Assembly: GCA_001275005.1 (NCBI GenBank)
Contig: JWZX01002769.1
Location: 1 to 51,570, forward strand
Direction: 5' to 3'
DNA: 51,570 nucleotides
Source: Chrysochromulina tobinii
Lineage: Eukaryota
Position numbers and translations under genes: made by a program. Positions 10,838-19,148 of this stretch are shown one piece after another. Each line of letters starts with the position of its first letter. Position 1 is the first letter of the stretch. Below the pieces are notes generated by a model. That model saw nothing but the letters and a program-made list of their open reading frames with translations. It was not told where the DNA came from and searched no databases.

Positions 10838-12493
10838 TCAGCTCACATAATCCATAGTGGCATGATCCTTGAGCCGCAGCACCTCGTTCCAGTCCTTTTT
10901 GCGCCGCCGTGCCAGCAGCATGATGAGTCGCGCGAGGATCCACGGGAAGTAGTAGTCGAGGGCGCGGGTGGGGCGCGCCTCGTCCGCCGGGAGCGCGATG
11001 TGGTCCACCACGCCCGCGGGCAGCATCGACACCGCTGGATCCATGGCCTTCTTCGCCTCCACACGCAGCTCGACGAGGACCTTCATCTCGGCAGGCGAGA
11101 GCAGCAGCAGCTTGTAGAGCGTGTACGCAGAGCGCGCATCGGCCACGCCCTCCTCGTAGCAGCGCATCGTGACGTACATGTAGTACACGAACGCCGCCGG
11201 TCTCCAGGACCAGTAGTACACGCTCGCCATCAGGTTGCCCGCCACGAACACCATGCCAACGAGACCGCAGATCATCATTTTCATCTCAGCGACGGAGTCA
11301 TTCCAGCGAGGGCCCTTGCTCAGCAGGAAGCGCTCACGCCGCTTGAGGTACTTCCACACGGGCGAGAAGAGCAGCAGCCCGGGCGCCGCGAGCGCCAAGC
11401 ACGCCGCGCACAGCACCGCCCGCTGCGCCATGCCGGTGACACACCAGTACCACGGCAGCGCCTGGCCATGCTGTGCCGCTCGGCGCACGCGCTCGCATTT
11501 GATGCCCTTGGCGTCGAGCGCCTGCTGGTAGGTTTGCAGCGCCGCGCGCAGCTTCGCCGCCACCGCAGCCTCCGCGGCAGTCGGCGGCGTCGGCGGATCG
11601 ATGGGCAAAGAGCCTTCGGGGGCAGGCACACCCAGCTTGAGCACGTGCACCCAGCCACGCACGAGCGTGAGGTACTGCCCGAGCGACAGGTCAGTGCCTA
11701 CGGGCGAGTGCAGCCGCGCGGCGGTGATCGCGAGATTGAGCACGTCCCACGTGGGCGCGTTGATCGTGCTCTTGTCCAGCGCGTGCGAGATCTCGATGGT
11801 GATTTGCTTGGCGAGCGTGAACGTGTCGACCTTGCCGTCGGCTGTCGTGTGCTTGCGGATGAGGTTCGCATCGACCTTGACCGGCGGCATGTAGCGCATG
11901 CAAAGGTCGGAGCGGAACTTTTCGCGGTGCGTGTAGATGAGCCCGACTGGCACCAAGTGCACGCAGAAGTCGGGGTCGCCTGCCTCATTCGAGAGCATGA
12001 CCGCCTCCAGCGCGAGGCGCGCGAGGCCGGTCTTGAACGGCTGCTCCATGTACGGGAGGAAGCGCGAGACGCCCTCGGGCGCGAAGCCGACGCAGTCGCC
12101 CTGGCGAAGCGCGCCGATCACGCGGCTGAACATCTCGACGTTCATCTGCTTGGCCTTCTCGCCATGCTCGCCCGGCCGGTAGACGGGAACGGCTCCCGAG
12201 TTGCGGATGAAATACTTGAAGATGGGTGTGCTCCAGAGGGAGTCCTTGGCGCAGAAGCGCACCATACGCGGCGTCTTGCGAATGAGCACCGCCGGATCCG
12301 CCAGCCCGTTGCCGTGGTTGAAGCACACGATGCACGGCACGCCATTCGGCGGCACGTTCTCGAGGCCGTGCACCTCGGTGGTCGAGTAGAAGCCCGCGGC
12401 GGCTAAGCGGAACCACTCGCGAATGAAGCTGTAGAGCAGCGGCGTCTCGCCGGGCAGCGGCGGCGAGCAGTGCTGAGTGGATGCGTCGGTCAT
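10838..12493 (-). CDS. Glycerol-3-phosphate acyltransferase, PlsC superfamily, fungal SCT1/GPT2-like (551 aa)
   Basis: Acyltransferase motifs NHGNGLADP (HX5D spacing as in fungal Gat1/Gat2), FCAKDSL, VPVYR and FAPEGVS; C-terminal hydrophobic helices. Confidence 0.85.
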   Translation of the reverse strand: MTDASTQHCSPPLPGETPLLYSFIREWFRLAAAGFYSTTEVHGLENVPPNGVPCIVCFNHGNGLADPAVLIRKTPRMVRFCAKDSLWSTPIFKYFIRNSGAVPVYRPGEHGEKAKQMNVEMFSRVIGALRQGDCVGFAPEGVSRFLPYMEQPFKTGLARLALEAVMLSNEAGDPDFCVHLVPVGLIYTHREKFRSDLCMRYMPPVKVDANLIRKHTTADGKVDTFTLAKQITIEISHALDKSTINAPTWDVLNLAITAARLHSPVGTDLSLGQYLTLVRGWVHVLKLGVPAPEGSLPIDPPTPPTAAEAAVAAKLRAALQTYQQALDAKGIKCERVRRAAQHGQALPWYWCVTGMAQRAVLCAACLALAAPGLLLFSPVWKYLKRRERFLLSKGPRWNDSVAEMKMMICGLVGMVFVAGNLMASVYYWSWRPAAFVYYMYVTMRCYEEGVADARSAYTLYKLLLLSPAEMKVLVELRVEAKKAMDPAVSMLPAGVVDHIALPADEARPTRALDYYFPWILARLIMLLARRRKKDWNEVLRLKDHATMDYVS

Positions 12494-12807
12494 GGTGTTC
12501 GCGGGTCAAAATCCTCCACGCGGCGGCGGCGGCGGCACCACCGCGTCGCAATTAGAGGAGAAGACCCTCTGCGTGTGGCGACGATCCTGTGATTCGTCAT
12601 TTAATGCGAGCTGTGAAAACGCGCGCGTGAAACGCACACCCAGTCGAGTATTTGAGACATGTACACACGAGTCCAAAGACAGCGGCCCCAGAAGACCTTA
12701 TTGACCTCTTCTGAATCGGTTTCTTACTAATTACTTGCCAATGTGCTCCGGAAGCCAGCTGGGGAGCGTCAAGAAGAGGGAGAGACAAAACTTGACGGGA
12801 AGTAGGA

Positions 12808-13782
12808 ATGGCGCTAAGCTCTCCTCGAAAATTTCGCACCACACGTACCCGGTATCCCTCCCTTATGCGCTTTCCGATGGGCGATGTTCTCCGTCTGCTC
12901 CGCGTGAGCCGCCCTTACTACTACCTCGTTACTTTGTGGCTCTACCTGATGCCAACCGGACAGTACGCAGAGCTCTTTAGCCGCGTTCCCTTTTGGCTGG
13001 GCTTCAGCTACTGCACCGTCCCGCTCAATGCGCTGTGCTACCTCATGAATGATCTCTCTGACGTCAAGGTTGACAAGCAAAACATGCGCAAGGGCGGCGC
13101 GCTGCTGGGCGCGAAGGAGAGCGAGGCCAACCTACGCACACTCGTACCCACGGCCGCGATGCTGCAATTGCCATTTTTGCTGAGCTTTGCTGCACTTTGC
13201 GGCTTGCGGCTCATCCTGCCTTGGTTTTCGGCGGTGGTGGCCGTCAATTGGGCCTACAACTTTGGGCCGCGGCTGAGCGCGTACTACGCGCCACTCGACC
13301 TTATATGCCCATGTGGCTACATCCTAGTCATACCGCTCTCATGCTGGCTCAATGTTTTGCCCTACCCGCCCGGGCGCTCGTGGGTGCACGCAGTGGTCCT
13401 TGTCGTGCGCACTCAACTATGGATCCAAACGTTTGACATCGAGCCGGACCGCGCGGCTGGACGTCGCAACACAGCCGTGCGCCTCGGCCTGCGCGGCTCG
13501 CAGTTTGGCCTCCTTGCGCTCCTGCTCGCCGAGAATGCTTTTGTGCACACGCACTTTGCGCACTCATGGCCTTTGCGGTCATTTTCGCTCGGTTCACTGG
13601 GGTTGCTCGGCGCGCAGGCGCTGCTTGGAGGCGGTCGCGCCAGCGCAGTGCCCAGCATTCACTCGACTCCGCCGCCGCCGTCGTCGCTCTCGCCGGCAAG
13701 CGTCCAAGCCGTCTTCCTCATCCTTGGGCTCGGCGGCGTCGGGCTCATGGTGAGGGTGTGGCTCGACGCGGCCTTTCTGTGA
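12808..13782 (+). CDS. UbiA-family prenyltransferase resembling lycopene elongases (CrtEb/LyeJ type); start may be 12808, 12865 or 12877
   Basis: N-terminal SRP motif, first Asp-rich motif NDLSDVKVDKQNMRKGG, second motif DIEPDRAAGRRNTAVRLG, multiple TM segments; intronless. Confidence 0.8.
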   Translation: MALSSPRKFRTTRTRYPSLMRFPMGDVLRLLRVSRPYYYLVTLWLYLMPTGQYAELFSRVPFWLGFSYCTVPLNALCYLMNDLSDVKVDKQNMRKGGALLGAKESEANLRTLVPTAAMLQLPFLLSFAALCGLRLILPWFSAVVAVNWAYNFGPRLSAYYAPLDLICPCGYILVIPLSCWLNVLPYPPGRSWVHAVVLVVRTQLWIQTFDIEPDRAAGRRNTAVRLGLRGSQFGLLALLLAENAFVHTHFAHSWPLRSFSLGSLGLLGAQALLGGGRASAVPSIHSTPPPPSSLSPASVQAVFLILGLGGVGLMVRVWLDAAFL

Positions 13783-13819
13783 GAGGGTCAACACTATTTT
13801 AAGTCAAAACATCCAGGCT

Positions 13820-13880
13820 TTGCTGGGAGTCAAGTCAAGTCTTGACTTGACTTGACTTGACTTGACTTGACTTGCTGGGA
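13820..13880. mobile_element. (TCAAG)n/(TTGAC)n insertion with an internal inversion, flanked by the 9-bp direct repeat TTGCTGGGA
   Basis: TTGCTGGGA (13820-13828), GTCAAGTCAAGTC, (TTGAC)6, TTGCTGGGA (13872-13880). Confidence 0.7.
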
Positions 13881-13905
13881 ATTGCTGACCTTTTTGCGGT
13901 CGATA

Positions 13906-14802
13906 ATGCAATCACTCTTCCTTGCTGTCTTGCTCTCCCTAGCGCCGCCGATTCTGCTCGTGGACAACGGCTCGCGTCGGCCCGCGTCCGTGCTCGCACT
14001 GCGTGAGGTGGCCGCGTCACTTTCAACTCTGCTCGACGGTCGCGATGTGCGGCCGGCTAGCCTCGGCTTCTCGGACGAGGTGGACGCCGCTGCACTCGGT
14101 GGCGTGCCTGCGCGAACCCTGCGCACCGAGCTCGCATCGCTCGTGTCGAGCGGCGCACCCGGAGCCATCGTCGCACCGCTCTTCCTCGGGCCAAGCGGCG
14201 GCCTGCGCCGAGGCATTGCGGCGTGCCAGGAAGAATGGGCAGGCACCGCATCGTTCGATCTACGAGTGGGTGCCTGCCTCGTGGACGAGAGCGAGCCCGC
14301 CGATGACCGCGTCGGCCGCGCGCTCACGGCGAAGGTGCTGCAGCTGGCACGCCGGGCGCGGCTGCGCTTTCCTCTCAAGGTGCTCGTCGTCGATCACGGC
14401 ACGCCCTCGCGACCTGTGCACGAGGTGCGCGAGCGGCTTGCAGGCGAGGTGCGCGAGCTCCTCGGCCCGCGTGCGCTCACGGTTCGCGGCGCCTCGATGG
14501 AGCGGCGCGACGAGCCGGCCTATGACTTCAACGAGCCGCTCCTCGAGCGTGCGCTCGCGATGGCTCCGTACGATGAGGGCGACGTGGTGCTGGCCATGGC
14601 CTTCTTACTGCCCGGCCGCCACGCTGGCGATGGCGGCGATGTGGCGCAGATTGTGGAGCGCGCGCAGGCGACCGCGACCGAGGGAAAGGCGCCGTTGACA
14701 GTGCACACGACGTCGCTGCTAGCAATGCACCCGCTGGTGCTTTCTGTGCTAGTGGACCGTGTCAGAGCCGCCGAGGCGCAGCAGCCGTCTCTGGTGGCGT
14801 AG
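13906..14802 (+). CDS. CbiX/SirB-like sirohydrochlorin chelatase-family protein (two-domain, bacterial-type)
   Basis: ILLVDNGSRRP, PLFLGPS, VVDHGTP, ASMERR, YDFNEPLLE and AFLLPGRHAG resemble the long CbiX-like family; short hydrophobic N-terminus MQSLFLAVLLSLA; intronless. Confidence 0.75.
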   Translation: MQSLFLAVLLSLAPPILLVDNGSRRPASVLALREVAASLSTLLDGRDVRPASLGFSDEVDAAALGGVPARTLRTELASLVSSGAPGAIVAPLFLGPSGGLRRGIAACQEEWAGTASFDLRVGACLVDESEPADDRVGRALTAKVLQLARRARLRFPLKVLVVDHGTPSRPVHEVRERLAGEVRELLGPRALTVRGASMERRDEPAYDFNEPLLERALAMAPYDEGDVVLAMAFLLPGRHAGDGGDVAQIVERAQATATEGKAPLTVHTTSLLAMHPLVLSVLVDRVRAAEAQQPSLVA

Positions 14803-15144
14803 CCTCAAGCCTGGGCGCAGAGCCAGAGGGCGTACACAGTATATGGGTACCTCTGTAGCAGCTTCGCGTATCGCGAAGGAGTGGGCAAACATTAGGAAAT
14901 GTCTCATAAAAATAGCAACGACCCGCCTCCGAGGCGTCGCGTATTGCGTAATGTGGTACACGGTATTACCGTCGTTACGCGTCCGTGGTCCGACGTATCC
15001 GGCGCGGCGTCCTCCATCACCCCACCCAATTCAGAAGGTCACGCGACGCACCGTCTCGATGCTCATCGTAGACATACTAGACGCCGATCACGCCGCCGCT
15101 CCAGCCAGCAGTGCCGCCGCCGCCTCGCATTCGCAATCGCGCTC

Positions 15145-17220
15145 TCAAAGCAGCGGTGGGTCCCTGTGGCTCTCATTCATGGTCCCCTTGCCCGAATGGA
15201 GCAGGGACCTGAGGAATCTCCTGAGTGAGTGAGTGAGTGACCTGAAGCCGTCCTCGACGTTTAAGAACCCGTGCCACGTGAGCATGAAGGCCGCGGCCAC
15301 GATCAGGGCGAGCCCGCCCACTGCGAGCAAGGCGCGCGGCGGACCACCGCATGCCTGATGCACATTAGTCCGCTGCCTGCAACAGCACGAGTAGCCGACG
15401 CTGCCATCATTGACTGCCCGTCCAGAAATTCCATCCTTCGCCTCCCAAGGGCACGAATACTCGCGAGTCCATTCGCAACTCTCCACGGTGCAGTAATCAG
15501 AGCAAGAGCGGGGCGGTGGCGGCGCGGGCGGCGGCAGCCCGGGCGATGGCCCCCCGGGCGGCCTGGGCGGCCTGGGCGGCGGCGCGGGCGGCGGCGATTT
15601 CAACGGGGGCGTAGGCGGCGGGGGCATCGCGGGCGGCGCGATCGGCGGCGCGAGCGGCGGCGGCATCACGGGCGGCGTGGGCGGCGATGTGGGCGGCGTG
15701 GGCGGCGGCGACGGCGCCGGTGGCATCTCAGGCGGCGCGGGCGGCGGCAGCCGGAGCGTAAGGAACCCCTCCCACTCGCTCTTGCTAAAGCCGCTCGGCA
15801 GCACGCGCACGCGTGGGTCGTCGCGCAGCAGCTGGTACACGTGCTCGTTGGACGTTTCAAAGCTCTGCTCGAGGGCCGTGGCGTCGTCAGGGTCAATGTC
15901 CTCCCCGAGCGGCGGGTGGCTATGTGAACCGATCCGTGGGGCTGGCGGCGGCTCCGTGACGTGGCGCGAGTTACAGCTCGACCCCGCTAGCCAGTTCCCA
16001 TCCACTCGAAGCCCTTGACTGCGCCGCCTCACTAAGCACGTGAGCTCGACGCGCGTGGCGAGCTCGTGCCGACTGTACAGGGGCAGCGGGATGACGTGAA
16101 GCTCGCCGACCGCTCTGAGCCACTCGTCGAGCTGCGCGCCGTATCGGCCCCACGCGAAGAGGGCTCCGCCAAAGTCGTTATACGGTGTGGGCGCCGTCAT
16201 AGTCGTGATGGGCGCGCCGTCGAACCCGTCGACGAGGGCGCGCGCGAGTCGCGCCGCGTCCGCGTCACGCCTCACCAGGTCGCGGAAGCTAATGTCGCGG
16301 CTCTGGATGTGCCTCACCGTCGCTCCGATCAGCGCGCTGTTCTGATGGTCGATGAAGGACCGAAAATGGTAGAGCGCCGATTGGGAGCGGCCAATGGGTT
16401 CGCATAAGCTCGCCACGATCGTGGTCCGTGCGAGGCGCTCGGGCCCATAGAGACGTGCAAGGGACTCGGCCGCGCCACTGGTGTGCAGGTAGTCAGGCGT
16501 GGCGTCGAGCGTCAGCGCCGCCTCGGCGCAGCTCGGAAACGACTTGGCGTACCGGCCGAGGCCTTGTGATCTCCGGACCTCGAGATCGAAAAAGTGGTGC
16601 TCCTTATCGTCGATGTATTCAGTGTCATCCTTCCACGCCAATCCCGGAGAGAAGCCATGGTCGGCAAAGAGCTCATGTGCAATCGAAGTGGTTGCGCACT
16701 TTTGAGCACCAATGATGAACAGTGCGGGCAAGCGCCGACCTTCGTGGCAGAAGAGGTCGTGCGTGGAGCCCTCGCTGAGCAGCGGACCACCGCATGTCTG
16801 GGAAAGTTTCGTCCGCTGCTCGCAGCAGCACGAGTAGCCAATGCTGTGATCTCTCGATGCCCACCCAAAACGTCCTGCCCTCGGCTCCCAAGGGCACGCG
16901 TACTCCTTTGTCCAGTCGCAACTCTCGGCCCTGCAGTACTCAGCGCAAGGGTGAAAGGTTGGCAGCGGCGTGAAGCCAAAGCCCTCGGCATGCAGCGGAC
17001 CACCGCATTCCTGATACACGTTAGTCCGCTGCTTGCAGCAACACGAGTAGCCGACGCTGCCATCATTGACTGCCCGTCCAGTAGTTCCATTCTTCGCCAC
17101 CCAAGGGCACGTATAGTCGCGAGTCCATTCGCAATCCTGGACGGCGCAGTACTCAGAGCAATGGTTGAACGTTCCCGCAGAGCCTTGCGCCACGAGGATG
17201 GCAAACCAGGCCTTTCTCAT
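15145..17220 (-). CDS. Membrane-anchored sulfotransferase (heparan-sulfate-sulfotransferase-like fold) with three 8-Cys repeats and a Pro-rich stalk
   Basis: Signal-like MRKAWFAILVAQGSAG; 5'-PSB-like IIGAQKCATTSI, KEHHFFD, DATPDY, 3'-PB-like LCEPIGRSQS; C-terminal TM ALLAVGGLALIVAAAFMLTW. Confidence 0.8.
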   Translation of the reverse strand: MRKAWFAILVAQGSAGTFNHCSEYCAVQDCEWTRDYTCPWVAKNGTTGRAVNDGSVGYSCCCKQRTNVYQECGGPLHAEGFGFTPLPTFHPCAEYCRAESCDWTKEYACPWEPRAGRFGWASRDHSIGYSCCCEQRTKLSQTCGGPLLSEGSTHDLFCHEGRRLPALFIIGAQKCATTSIAHELFADHGFSPGLAWKDDTEYIDDKEHHFFDLEVRRSQGLGRYAKSFPSCAEAALTLDATPDYLHTSGAAESLARLYGPERLARTTIVASLCEPIGRSQSALYHFRSFIDHQNSALIGATVRHIQSRDISFRDLVRRDADAARLARALVDGFDGAPITTMTAPTPYNDFGGALFAWGRYGAQLDEWLRAVGELHVIPLPLYSRHELATRVELTCLVRRRSQGLRVDGNWLAGSSCNSRHVTEPPPAPRIGSHSHPPLGEDIDPDDATALEQSFETSNEHVYQLLRDDPRVRVLPSGFSKSEWEGFLTLRLPPPAPPEMPPAPSPPPTPPTSPPTPPVMPPPLAPPIAPPAMPPPPTPPLKSPPPAPPPRPPRPPGGPSPGLPPPAPPPPRSCSDYCTVESCEWTREYSCPWEAKDGISGRAVNDGSVGYSCCCRQRTNVHQACGGPPRALLAVGGLALIVAAAFMLTWHGFLNVEDGFRSLTHSLRRFLRSLLHSGKGTMNESHRDPPLL

Positions 17221-17363
17221 GCGAAACACTGATGACGGAAAAGCCGAAAGTGTGAACAACACGTCGCGCCAGTGTGAATGCATCGTTCACAAGGTACGAC
17301 ATTACATGTGATCCGTTTGCGGAAACCACAAATCCTCACCTACGAAAAATTCCGCAAGGAGGG

Positions 17364-17964
17364 ATGTTGCAACCGGCACTAACACCCTCGTCACCTTCCC
17401 GCACCCGAGCGAAAACGCCAATGAGATCGCGTCCTCCATCCGCCTCTCCGGCACGCAAGGAGGCATCGCCAAAGCCATCGGCCAAAAAGGCCGCGGCCGA
17501 GGCTGACGAGGCCACACCGGCTTCAGAGCCAGGGCCTTCAAATCGAATTGAATTCTACGATGTGGAGCCCGACATTGTGGAACCGCCTCGGCCAGATGCA
17601 CCGTACCTTCAATACCTGGCTGCTCACGCCAAATATATCGAGGCTGTTAGTGTACAGCCGAGATATGATCATGACGATGTACATGACGTGACCACCTCTA
17701 TTTTGGCTGCAGACTTCCTGTTGCCCAAGATATTGCATCCCGGTGAGGAAGACGAGGCCAGAAAGGCGGCAGAGGAGGCAGCCGAGGCGGTGGCAGCGGC
17801 CGAGGCGGCCCTCCGAGCGGCGCGAGAGAAGTTAGCTCGAGCAGAAAAGGAAGCTGAAGAGAAGGCCGCGGAAGCAAAGGCTGCAGAGGAGGCGGCAACA
17901 GCGGCGGAGAAGACAGCCATCGCCAAGGGATATGCAAATGCTGCGGAGATGACGAAAGCGGAGG

Positions 17965-17998
<34 letters not shown>

Positions 17999-18488
17999 GG
18001 CGGAGACGAAGGCCGCGGCGAAGGCGGCGGCGGAGGCGGAGGCGGCGGCCACGGCGGAGGCGAAGGCCGCGGCGAAGGCGGCGGCGGAGGCGACGGCACT
18101 GGCCGAAAAGGCGGCGAAGAAGCCGGGCATGCTGGGCTCTTTTGTTGGCAGTGCGGTCTCGGCGGTGCTCGATAGCGTCGACACAGCTGTCTGGAGCGTG
18201 ACGGCGGCGCAACAAGCCGCCGCGGATGCTGCGGCAGCCACCGCGGCAGCAGCCAAGGCGGTACAAGAGCAGAGCGTTGCTGCCGCGAGTCAGGCTGCCG
18301 AATTGGCGAAAGTGGCCCAAAGTCAGGCAGCGGCTTTGGCGGCCATGCCCGGCGAACTCGTCAAAGACTTGCAAGATGGCTATCAAGAGGCCCTTGAGGA
18401 ACGTGCGAAGAGGAAACCAAGCAGCAACAACTTACTTCCCAGTACCAGTGAGGAGCCAGATTCACGGCGACGGTCAAGTGTGAAGTGA
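17364..18488 (+). CDS. Hypothetical Ala/Glu/Lys-rich coiled-coil protein
   Basis: Long ORF with coding-like composition; first ATG at 17364; divergent from the sulfotransferase with ATGs about 143 bp apart. Confidence 0.6.
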
Positions 18489-19148
18489 ATCTTGATCGCA
18501 ACGTCGCATGTTTCTCACATCAAGAATCAAATCTCGAAAACAGTCAACTTCTCAGATTTGTGTTCCTGTGTTTCCATTGTTCGTGATCTTAACTGTGACC
18601 GAACACGACATTTTACTTATTAGCGATTCGCGTAAAGCGATGTAACTCTTCCCGGTAATAGTGCTGTGTGCTGAACGGAATATCAGGATCGGGGAAGGGC
18701 CACGGAATCGAATCAGCAGATGTACCTCACGGGTGTGGGGCCCATGGGCTCCGATCGTGTAGCCCCATGCCAGGCCCAGCCCTTCTCAAGAGCGCCTCAT
18801 CAGCCGCCGATTGCCATCGTCCGAATCGTCACACTTGTCAAATGTCATGCTCGCGACGACACACCCATCACTGCTAGCCCCAGCGACGCTGCGCGATGGC
18901 TGCCCTACTTAGCTTGCTCGCACGAGTACAGCCCTCATCAGCTTGCTCATCAGCACGAGTACAGCCCTCATCAGCTTGCTCGGCTCGCACGATTCTCGTG
19001 GCGGCACGAGCATGTCGTGGCATCGAGGGAGCATCATACTCCGCTTCACAGCGATCGTCTCCTCTCGACACTCGAGCCGCCCCGTGCGCGGTACGAGTAC
19101 GTGCGAACGCATCTCTCTCCCAACGAGTTCACCCAACGAGCGCCGCTC

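Noticed and set aside
10808..12406. 532-aa plus-strand ORF, and similar antisense ORFs over KAP3, HERC and PPR
   Set aside because: They fully overlap motif-bearing genes on the other strand, as expected from stop-poor high-GC codon usage.
12808..14802. Bacterial contamination or operon (UbiA plus CbiX)
   Set aside because: Contiguous with intron-containing eukaryotic genes, similar composition, and separated by the host TCAAG repeat; kept only as a possible HGT.
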